Origin: Bdellovibrionota bacterium
GTDB lineage: Bacteria; Bdellovibrionota_C; UBA2361; OMII01
Direction: 5' to 3'
Assembly: GCA_044345405.1 (NCBI GenBank)
Contig: JBIJBE010000053.1
Coordinates: 1 to 20,604, forward strand
Length of the DNA: 20,604 nt
Shown here: positions 8,142 to 15,898 of the stretch, piece after piece
How the letters are laid out: each line of letters opens with the position of its first letter
Position numbering within the stretch: the first letter of the stretch is position 1
Notes under the pieces: model-generated
What the model was told of the DNA's origin: nothing
What the model saw: only the letters and a program-made list of their open reading frames with translations
The model's database searches: none
Translations under genes and position numbers: made by a program

Positions 8142-9920
8142 TTACACCACCCGATCCTGAGAAACCTCGATCGCCTGCAAGTTGGCCTGCAACTCGGTCG
8201 TTCCTTGATAGGTACTCACCTCTGGCCGAAACACAATGTCGACATACGAGTTCGGAGTAAGGGCGGGATGAGATGTTTGCCGCCACATCACGCCAGAGAT
8301 AAATCGCTTGCCATCACTGAGGAGGGTCTTCAGATGGGCCCCTTTAATATCTCGAACCTCCACTACCCGAAGATTACGAACGAGAACGTGTGGATTCGGA
8401 TTTCCGACACCAAAAGGCGCGAGATTCTTGAGCTCCGAAACGAGGGGAATCGTTATCTCTGATAGCTCCGCTTCGGTATCCGCGTCTACGAATGGAACCG
8501 TTTCGATCTCTTTCAGTCGTCGCTCGCACTCCTCGTTGAAGGCCTCTTTGAAGTTGAGGAGATCTTGCTCCTTCACCGAGAAGCCACCCGCTCCGGTATG
8601 GCCGCCATATTTGATAAGGTACTTGCCACACGCCGCGAGCGCGTCAACGACGCTGAATCCCTTGATGCCACGAACGGAGCCTTTAAACACTCCGGGTACG
8701 TCCATGCCCATCACTGCCGCGGGTCGATAGAAATGCTCGACCAGACGTTGCGCCACGATACCGATAACGCCGGTGTGGAATTCCTGATTCCACGCGACGA
8801 GCCCCCAACGATGCTCTGTGTCCTTCTCGACCTGCGCTATCGCCTCCGCCTTCACGGCGCCCTCGATATCTTGGCGCTGCACGTTCAGATCGTTTAGCTG
8901 GCGGGCGAGCTTTTCGGCTTTGCCCGAGTCGTTCGTTGTTAACAACTCAACGACAAGCTCCCCGTGTACGATGCGGCCAGCGGCATTAAGGCGTGGGCCT
9001 ATACCGAAGGAGACGTCGGTGCATCCGACCGCGCCACGAATACCAATTACATTTCGCAGAGCTTTCAGTCCCGCCCGATGAGTATCGGTCAGACGCTCCA
9101 ATCCTCGCTTCGCGATGACGCGATTCATCCCGATCAGGGGCACCATGTCGCAGATAGTTCCGAGACACGCGAGATCGAGTGAGTGACGAGGGTCGATGCC
9201 GTCGAGACCGAACTCGCGACGCAAGCCGAGTACGAGGTACCACGCCAATCCAGCGGCACACGCGGTAGCTGAAGCGAAGCCACACCCGCTCTGATGAGGA
9301 TTGATGAAAACATCAACCGGCGGAGCGTCGGTACTCATGTGGTGATGGTCAACGACTATAGTTTTTAAACCAAGTTCGCGAGCTACGGAGAGCTCCTTCG
9401 CGTTCGTTGTTCCGAAATCGATCGTCAGCAAAAGACCGTATCCGTCCTTCGCGATCTGTCGAACGACCTTCTCGTTGAGACCGTACCCATCCACAAATCG
9501 GTCCGGAACGAAAACCCGGGAGGCGACCTTCGCGTTATTGAAAAAGTCGTGAACGATCGAGCCACCGGAGAGGCCATCCACATCGAAGTCACAGCAGATA
9601 GCTATCCCCTGCCCCGCTTTATGCACCTCATGAATTAAGGCGCACGCTTCGGCGAGATTCTTGAGCTTCGACGGGTCGGGGAGTCCCTCTTTGAGCGTTG
9701 GAGATATGAAGTGCTTCAGGTCCTCGTTCGGCTGAAAGCCGCGGGCGGCGAGGATCCGGCCGATGACCGGGTCTAGGCGCATCTGTTCCGTGATCTTGCG
9801 GGCGGTACTGTCGTCCTGTTTCTTCAGACGAATCCGTTTATGGGCCTTTGATGAAGCCGTTCTATCGCTGGGAATAGCCATGTGCTGCCTTTTTGCTGAC
9901 GGCTTTACTTTACGTTGCAT
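8142..9920 (-). CDS. recJ: Single-stranded-DNA-specific exonuclease RecJ
   Basis: DHH-family motifs DFDVDG, TIDFG, VVDHH, GTICDMVPL, GPRLNAAGR, HTGVIGIVA, GSVRG, GGHTGAGG, PFGVGNP. The start may be slightly downstream (MAIPS...). Confidence 0.95.
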   Translation of the reverse strand: MQRKVKPSAKRQHMAIPSDRTASSKAHKRIRLKKQDDSTARKITEQMRLDPVIGRILAARGFQPNEDLKHFISPTLKEGLPDPSKLKNLAEACALIHEVHKAGQGIAICCDFDVDGLSGGSIVHDFFNNAKVASRVFVPDRFVDGYGLNEKVVRQIAKDGYGLLLTIDFGTTNAKELSVARELGLKTIVVDHHHMSTDAPPVDVFINPHQSGCGFASATACAAGLAWYLVLGLRREFGLDGIDPRHSLDLACLGTICDMVPLIGMNRVIAKRGLERLTDTHRAGLKALRNVIGIRGAVGCTDVSFGIGPRLNAAGRIVHGELVVELLTTNDSGKAEKLARQLNDLNVQRQDIEGAVKAEAIAQVEKDTEHRWGLVAWNQEFHTGVIGIVAQRLVEHFYRPAAVMGMDVPGVFKGSVRGIKGFSVVDALAACGKYLIKYGGHTGAGGFSVKEQDLLNFKEAFNEECERRLKEIETVPFVDADTEAELSEITIPLVSELKNLAPFGVGNPNPHVLVRNLRVVEVRDIKGAHLKTLLSDGKRFISGVMWRQTSHPALTPNSYVDIVFRPEVSTYQGTTELQANLQAIEVSQDRVV

Positions 9921-10036
9921 TCCTACGCCAAGCCAAGGGGGAACGGCCCCTCAGTCCCTCCATTTAAGCCTCGTCTTCACAGCGTGAGTTCTTTGCGGCA
10001 TCTTCCTGTCTCTTTCTGATGCCGGAATGATGAGAT

Positions 10037-10564
10037 TTATGCTCGAGCGCCCTTCCGACGACCCTCTTTTTTTAGAGCGCTCGCCCCTCTCTTCGATCGC
10101 TTGAACTCTAAAAATTCCCTTAACGGCCCCCGATATCCCGCGCGTCGAGAAGTAGCGGCTCGGCGCTTCACCTCTGTGGCTGAGCACCAGCGCCACGTGG
10201 CGAATTCACGTTCTTTATGCCTGGTAAGATCAATATCACTATCTGTCCCAACAAACTCTACTAACCAGAAGGTCTGCTTCTGACCACGCCACTTGTTACG
10301 AGCGTACCGCGGAGGAGTTCGCCACTCATACTCGTGCGTTGAGTTGAGCTTCGTTACCTTTCCGATGGAGCGCTTTTTTAAGCCAAGCTCCTCTCGGAGC
10401 TCTCGCATAACGTTTTGTCGAGGGGTGTACCGCGGTTCAGCTCCCCCTTGCGGAAACTGCCAGTGCCCGGGCTCACCGAAGCGTTCACCTAAGAAGAGAC
10501 GCCCATCGCGGTTGTACACCAACATACAAACGTTCGGCCTGAGAGGGAGTTTTTTTGGTGGCAT
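10037..10564 (-). CDS. rppH: RNA pyrophosphohydrolase RppH-like Nudix hydrolase
   Basis: LRPNV, WQFPQGG, RELREELGL, RGQKQTFW, 'EFATWRW'. ATG at 10564 follows an AGGAG Shine-Dalgarno; the longer ORF call (10732) overlaps the upstream gene. Confidence 0.85.
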   Translation of the reverse strand: MPPKKLPLRPNVCMLVYNRDGRLFLGERFGEPGHWQFPQGGAEPRYTPRQNVMRELREELGLKKRSIGKVTKLNSTHEYEWRTPPRYARNKWRGQKQTFWLVEFVGTDSDIDLTRHKEREFATWRWCSATEVKRRAATSRRAGYRGPLREFLEFKRSKRGASALKKEGRRKGARA

Positions 10565-10631
10565 GGGATGGCTCCTAATGAGACCCACTTTGAGTACCAC
10601 ATGTAGCCGTCTCGGGCACCGGCTTGTTGAT

Positions 10632-12188
10632 TCAATCGGGCGACATCTCCTCATCCACAAATTCTTGAACCTGTCGAGCGGACATATGCCCCCGGCTGAG
10701 GTGATACTCAAGAGCTCGCGTCCACGGGACAAACGCCGACGATGGAATTGCGTTCATCGCCTCCCTGGTGGTCTCCGCGCGAGCGTAGGCGTCCTTAATA
10801 AGAGGGGCTAGGAGATCAAGGGCTTCAGTTATAAGAACCCGCCCATCGAATCCGGTCCCACCGCATGTTGAACACCCGACCGGTTGGTAGACTGTGCGTT
10901 TAAATTTCTCAGAGCCAGTTCTATCTACCTCCCTACACCGCGCACAGAGACGGGGACTGAGACGTTGATTGAGCACGAGAGAGACTCCCTGGACACACTC
11001 CCTCGCGGAGAGGTCGAATGAGCGCAATCGATCGAGAGCTTGAAGGGCAGAGCCCATGTGGAGAGATGAGATTGTGAGATGCCCCGTCAGAGCTGCGGTC
11101 AGCCCGATCCTAGCGCTCACAGGGTCTCGCATCTCGCCGATTACGATGACGTCGGGGTCATGACGCAACACGGATCGAATCGCCCGAGGATAATCCAGTC
11201 CATGTGGATCCCTTACCTGAACCTGCACCATACCCGGAAGGGGCGCCTCGACGGGGTCCTCAACGGTAACCACATTGCGTCCGTGATGCTGTAACTCGAG
11301 GGCGAGCGAGTACATAGTGGTGGTTTTTCCACTTCCGGTCGGACCGGTAAGTAGGACGACTCCGTTGGTTCGGTTGATCGCTTTGCGAACTAATGCGAGG
11401 GTCGTTGGCTCCATGTCGAGCGCGGAGAGTCGAGGTAGCCGACGGGAGTACAGGAAACGGATTACCACACTCTCCCCATGAACTGTGGGAAGGGTGCTCA
11501 CTCGAATGCTCTTCGCCGTATTGCCAATCGTGACCACACAAGCTCCATCTTGAGGGAGATGCTTGCACGCGATATCCAGACCAGCTAACACCTTAAGACG
11601 CGAGACCATCTGCTCCTGTGTTTCTCGCGGGTAGTGGTGCTGCTCCTGCGTTAAGAGCTCGCCATCGATCCGAAGTCGGAGGAATGCGCCCTGAGAGGAT
11701 GGGCAAAGATGAAGATCAGAGGCACCTCGAGCTACGGCGAATTCTAAGACCGTATTGAGAAATTGAGCGGAGTCCCCCTTAGGTTGAGGTGGGGAGAGCC
11801 TTTCGGCGGGAGGGTTTGTCGAGATACTGGCGGCGAGTTTTTCGATAGTTTGTCGTATCCCACGCTCCTGGCCGCGATACGCTCTCACAATAGCCTCATC
11901 GATGACCTCCCCATCGCAGAGCGAACAAAGAGGAACAAGGTCTGTCAGAAAGCGAAGACTTCGGACTACGTCATCCGACCGCTCCGCAAGGGCGCACTGC
12001 AAGCGAGCCGAGGTTCCTTGACCCACGATGGCAATCGGCAACACCCGCATCCGCACGGCGTTTTCATACGGCAGAAGCGCGCGCGCCTCATCCGTTGAAC
12101 ACAACGCCAGGTCGTGAGGCGAGTATGCGTTCCCTTCGAGATCAAGCGGTAGGGCCGTGTCCTGCATTTCAATGAGAGCTGTATCCAT
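10632..12188 (-). CDS. PilB/GspE-family secretion/pilus assembly ATPase
   Basis: ASDLH, RIDGEL, PQDG, RVSTLP, GESVVIR, Walker A GPTGSGKT, TVEDPVE, LRHDPDVIVIGEMRD, TGHL, zinc motif CARC...CSTC. Confidence 0.92.
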   Translation of the reverse strand: MDTALIEMQDTALPLDLEGNAYSPHDLALCSTDEARALLPYENAVRMRVLPIAIVGQGTSARLQCALAERSDDVVRSLRFLTDLVPLCSLCDGEVIDEAIVRAYRGQERGIRQTIEKLAASISTNPPAERLSPPQPKGDSAQFLNTVLEFAVARGASDLHLCPSSQGAFLRLRIDGELLTQEQHHYPRETQEQMVSRLKVLAGLDIACKHLPQDGACVVTIGNTAKSIRVSTLPTVHGESVVIRFLYSRRLPRLSALDMEPTTLALVRKAINRTNGVVLLTGPTGSGKTTTMYSLALELQHHGRNVVTVEDPVEAPLPGMVQVQVRDPHGLDYPRAIRSVLRHDPDVIVIGEMRDPVSARIGLTAALTGHLTISSLHMGSALQALDRLRSFDLSARECVQGVSLVLNQRLSPRLCARCREVDRTGSEKFKRTVYQPVGCSTCGGTGFDGRVLITEALDLLAPLIKDAYARAETTREAMNAIPSSAFVPWTRALEYHLSRGHMSARQVQEFVDEEMSPD

Positions 12189-12391
12189 AGACCCGCTACA
12201 TCGAATGGATTTCGGAGATGTTGCGGATTGATGCTTATTTTCGCTCCGGGGAGCCTATCGGATTCAGCGCTAATCGGCGGCTCCCCTCGCCCGCTCTGGA
12301 ATTACGGACGTTGCGAGAGATGAGAACTCGCGCCGCTTAAAAAGCTACTTCGTCTGAATGAAATCGGCCGCGTCAGGGCAGGGAAACGCGC

Positions 12392-13153
12392 CTATAACCA
12401 CTGCCGTCCTTGGGGAATGTAGTGCTTAGGTAGATCTGGTGAGAGGTAATCTTGAGGCTTACGGAGGAAGTTGAAGGTTATTATGTGGCCGAGAGCCGCG
12501 ATGCCGTCCTTCCAAGTGATCTTTTTGCCCTCAAGATAGTTTCGAGGAAAGTACCAGATCGGCACCTCGATTATCTTGAGTTTGAGGCAGGCGATCTTCG
12601 CGGTGACCTCCGGCTCAAAACCGAATCGATTCGATTCAAGTTGAACGTTCTTGATGACATCAGCGCGGAAGAACTTGTAGCAGGTCTCCATGTCGGTCAA
12701 ATACAGCCCCGAACAAAGATTACTCAGGGTCGTAAGAAGTCTGTTCACCAGATAGTGGAACGTGCGGTGTACCTGAACCACCGTCGCTTTGAATCGAGAT
12801 CCGAAGACAACATCAGCTTTACCCGCCACGATGGGCGCTATAATCGCTGGAATGTCATCCATAGAATATTCGAAATCCGCGTCTTGAATTCCAATGATAT
12901 CGCCGGTCGCGAACTGTATTCCTTTGCGAATAGCCGCGCCCTTCCCCTGATTCGTTTCCTGAAAATGAAGCTGCGCAACCGACGAAAATTTGAAGTTTTG
13001 AAGGATACTTCTGCTTTCATCCCGTGAGCAGTCATCGATAATTACCAACTCCTTCTCAACGCCATCGAGGGTAAGCGCATCGACCTGGCGCAAAAACTCC
13101 ACCAGGTGTCCTGCTTCATTGTACACGGGGATAACGAGAGACACCTTCATCAT
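12392..13153 (-). CDS. Glycosyltransferase family 2 (DPM1/GtrB-like polyprenyl-phosphate glycosyltransferase)
   Basis: VSLVIPVYNE, IIDDCSRD, NQGKGAA, QDADFEY, VFGSRF, TDMETCYK, FGFEPEVTAK, EGKKITWKDG. Confidence 0.92.
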   Translation of the reverse strand: MMKVSLVIPVYNEAGHLVEFLRQVDALTLDGVEKELVIIDDCSRDESRSILQNFKFSSVAQLHFQETNQGKGAAIRKGIQFATGDIIGIQDADFEYSMDDIPAIIAPIVAGKADVVFGSRFKATVVQVHRTFHYLVNRLLTTLSNLCSGLYLTDMETCYKFFRADVIKNVQLESNRFGFEPEVTAKIACLKLKIIEVPIWYFPRNYLEGKKITWKDGIAALGHIITFNFLRKPQDYLSPDLPKHYIPQGRQWL

Positions 13154-13384
13154 GGCGAGAAGACCTAAGCGGGCTAACTTACAAAAAAATCCTAGCTTTT
13201 TTACCCTGAATGGCCCCCCGGCGTCCACCTCGTTCCTGGTGAATCAGGTCGGAAGAGGATACTCTTGCTGCCACTGGGAAGAATTGCTCCCCATAATTCA
13301 TGACGCATTCATCTAGATGGGATAAAATTCAATCCCTTTAAGTGTTTACAAAATCTCCTGAGGGCCTTACACCAGTATCTACCG

Positions 13385-13813
13385 ATGGACATCATGAAAC
13401 ACCTCTTCTTACGATTCCTCTCCACCCAGTCGACCCGCGGTCAGGTCGCTCGTTACCTCGTAGCAGGTGGCAGCGCGGTTGTTGTCGACTTCATCTTCTA
13501 TCGCGGCATCATGTGGATGCTCGACATGAAACTTCTCGCTAAGGCAGTGGGGTATGTCAGTGGGACGGTCTACTCTTTCTACGTAAACCGTTCCTTTACC
13601 TTTAAACGTGACAGCTCGAATCGAGAGCAAGTCATCTCGTACCTCTTCATCTACGTTGTCTCAATGCTCCTCAACACGGGAATAAATCACGCGGGGCTCA
13701 CCCTTTTGGGGACAGGCGAGATAGGGATAAACGCAAGCTTCGTGACGGCCGCCGTCGCGTCAGCGGCGTTTAACTTTGTGTGCATGAAGCGGTTCGTGTT
13801 TAAGCGAGCGTAG
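13385..13813 (+). CDS. GtrA-family small membrane protein (putative lipid-linked sugar flippase)
   Basis: About 140 aa with four hydrophobic segments; 'RYLVAG...VVDF', 'YVNRSFTF', C-terminal 'NFVCMKRFVF'. Confidence 0.88.
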   Translation: MDIMKHLFLRFLSTQSTRGQVARYLVAGGSAVVVDFIFYRGIMWMLDMKLLAKAVGYVSGTVYSFYVNRSFTFKRDSSNREQVISYLFIYVVSMLLNTGINHAGLTLLGTGEIGINASFVTAAVASAAFNFVCMKRFVFKRA

Positions 13814-14097
13814 GTACATTCTGCGCGACGAATTCTCGCGTCTCTCTCCAGCTGTTCTTTGCATGGGCAACGGCTGAGAGGAGGATCGGAGAGACCTTAA
13901 GCAGCCTCGCTCAGGCCCCACGGGGCGCGATTGTGCCTCCCAAAAACTCATAGAACGGTAAATATCCCTATTTCCCGGCCTCTTTTCAGGTGCTTAAGCT
14001 TCTAAGGCTCTGAAAATCCCTGCTTTTATACCTTCAGGAAGCTGCCATCCCGACCGACTCTGTCTGTATCCCCTCAAAGGTGCTGGGGATATCACAT

Positions 14098-15891
14098 ATG
14101 ACAGACCGACCTTACGAAATAAGGCTTCCTCTGCTTCGAATCGGAGCATCGCTCCGTGCGGCCGTATGCCTGCTCGTCCTTGCAGTAAACCTGTTGATAT
14201 TCCAGCGCACCTCCTTCGCGGATTTCAACTCCATAGGCGATCACTACAAGCAAACGCTCATAGCCACATCTCGTTTTCACACCTGCGCACTCACCAAGAC
14301 GACTGACGCTGGCTTGCGATGTTGGGGAGCAAATAACTCTGGCCAGCTCGGGGATGGCACGACTGTCAGCAAGACCTCCCCGGTCGACGTGGTAGGACTC
14401 TCCAGTGGCGTGGTTGCTGTGGGCGTCGGTGACACGTTCAGTTGCGCGCTACTCTCGACCGGCGAGGTGAAGTGTTGGGGAAGTAATTCCGTGGGACAAC
14501 TTGGCAATAGTTCTGCCAACCCCACCCAGGTAACTCCTGTGAGCGTTTTAGATGGAGCCTCTCCTCTTAGTGGTGTCCAAGTACTCGCCGTCGGAAGAAT
14601 GCACGCCTGCGTTGTTTTAACTTCAGGCGCGGCCAAATGTTGGGGAGGGAACAGCTCAGGGCAGCTCGGAGATGGGACAAACTTTAACAGCATCGTCCCC
14701 AAGACCGTGACCGGCTACTCATCGGGGGTGAAGATGATCGACGCTGGAGGGCTTCACACATGCCTTGTAACCCAACCGTTTAATGAGGTCTTTTGCTTCG
14801 GCAATAACTTTTATGGCCAACTCGGAAATTACAGCACCGCAAACTCCTCTGTTCCGGTTCAAGCGTACGGAATCATTAGCGGTGTCGGAGTGAGCGCTGG
14901 AGAGGACCATTCCTGCGCCCGTCTCAGTACCGGCGATATAGAATGTTGGGGAAGGAACGCCGAAGGGACCCTTGGAAATGGTGGCACGAGTGACAGTTAC
15001 GTTCCTGTCTCCATAGTCGGAATCAGCGGAGAATTCCGAAGAGTTTCGGCGGGACGCGACCATACCTGCGCGACGAGAGCCAGCGATGGCGAGGTGATGT
15101 GTTGGGGCCGGGGCCAAGAGGGACAGGTAGGCGACAACACCGCCACGCAGCGGAATGTTCCGACATCGACAAATCCAGCTCTCAAACAAGCCTACGATAT
15201 CTCAGCGAGAGGAAGTCACACGTGCGCGTGGATGGGAACCTGCAGCGCAAAGTGTTGGGGAGATAACACAGACGGACAATTGGGTAACGGGACAACCTCG
15301 AATGCATTTGCCCCTGTTTCAATTACCTTCTGCTCCTTTACGGATCCGACGCCAACGCCCACACCAACATCAACTCCAACGCCAATTTTTACCCCGACCT
15401 TCACCCCTACTCCCCAACCGGACGCCTGCGCCTCCGAATCGGCCTGCGTTCCTGACGATCGATTAACGACAGCGCTCGATCCTAAGCCCCCCGCAATCAG
15501 CGTCTCCTCTTCGACGTCACAAAGAGCTGTAGCGTTAAACTTCAGCTCGGTACGAATTGGAATTCCCACCGATCCGGCCAAGCGGCAAGCATTACGGACT
15601 AAGCTCTCTAAATTTTTCAAGCGCAACATTACAAGCATTGCCGGCGCGATTAAACTGCTAGAGGTCCACCTGCTCGTTTCGATCACGAAAGCGCCGGCGA
15701 TATCAGCGAGCTCTCTTGAGGCATTCGCGGTGCCCAGCAAATATAAAGTCGAAACGAGAAAGCGACGTGTTACTACTCGCCTCGCCGCGGGCACCTACGT
15801 CGCAAGGGTCACCGTTCGTCTTAAGGACGCTAGGGGACGAACGTTCGTTACGGGAAGTAACACCGGTCAGGCCCGCTTCACCGTGCGCTAA
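14098..15891 (+). CDS. Secreted RCC1-repeat (beta-propeller) protein with Pro/Thr linker and basic C-terminal domain
   Basis: Signal-peptide-like N-terminus ending ...TSFA; seven HTC/xxC...CWGxNxxGQLG repeats; PTPTPT linker. Confidence 0.85.
   Translation: MTDRPYEIRLPLLRIGASLRAAVCLLVLAVNLLIFQRTSFADFNSIGDHYKQTLIATSRFHTCALTKTTDAGLRCWGANNSGQLGDGTTVSKTSPVDVVGLSSGVVAVGVGDTFSCALLSTGEVKCWGSNSVGQLGNSSANPTQVTPVSVLDGASPLSGVQVLAVGRMHACVVLTSGAAKCWGGNSSGQLGDGTNFNSIVPKTVTGYSSGVKMIDAGGLHTCLVTQPFNEVFCFGNNFYGQLGNYSTANSSVPVQAYGIISGVGVSAGEDHSCARLSTGDIECWGRNAEGTLGNGGTSDSYVPVSIVGISGEFRRVSAGRDHTCATRASDGEVMCWGRGQEGQVGDNTATQRNVPTSTNPALKQAYDISARGSHTCAWMGTCSAKCWGDNTDGQLGNGTTSNAFAPVSITFCSFTDPTPTPTPTSTPTPIFTPTFTPTPQPDACASESACVPDDRLTTALDPKPPAISVSSSTSQRAVALNFSSVRIGIPTDPAKRQALRTKLSKFFKRNITSIAGAIKLLEVHLLVSITKAPAISASSLEAFAVPSKYKVETRKRRVTTRLAAGTYVARVTVRLKDARGRTFVTGSNTGQARFTVR
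15340..15420 (+). repeat. Coding Pro/Thr low-complexity linker
   Basis: Encodes TDPTPTPTPTSTPTPIFTPTFTPTPQP with varied codons. Confidence 0.85.
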
Positions 15892-15898
15892 ACGCTCA

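Noticed and set aside
10565-10732. N-terminal extension of the Nudix ORF
   Set aside because: Overlaps the ATPase gene; the SD and family similarity point to the ATG at 10564.
12452-13027. 191-aa antisense ORF over the GT2 gene
   Set aside because: Entirely opposite a well-supported gene; no recognisable motifs.
13243-13271. TCAGGTCGGAAGA resembling SRP RNA helix 8 (TCAGGTCCGGAAGGAAGCAGC)
   Set aside because: The required AGCAG half of the symmetric loop and the long flanking helix are absent.
13983-14016. TTTTCAG...CTGAAAA inverted repeat upstream of the RCC1 gene
   Set aside because: Short, AT-rich and single copy; not distinguishable from chance by eye.
15216-15794. 192-aa antisense ORF with GVGVGV repeats
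   Set aside because: Mirror translation of the Pro/Thr linker.
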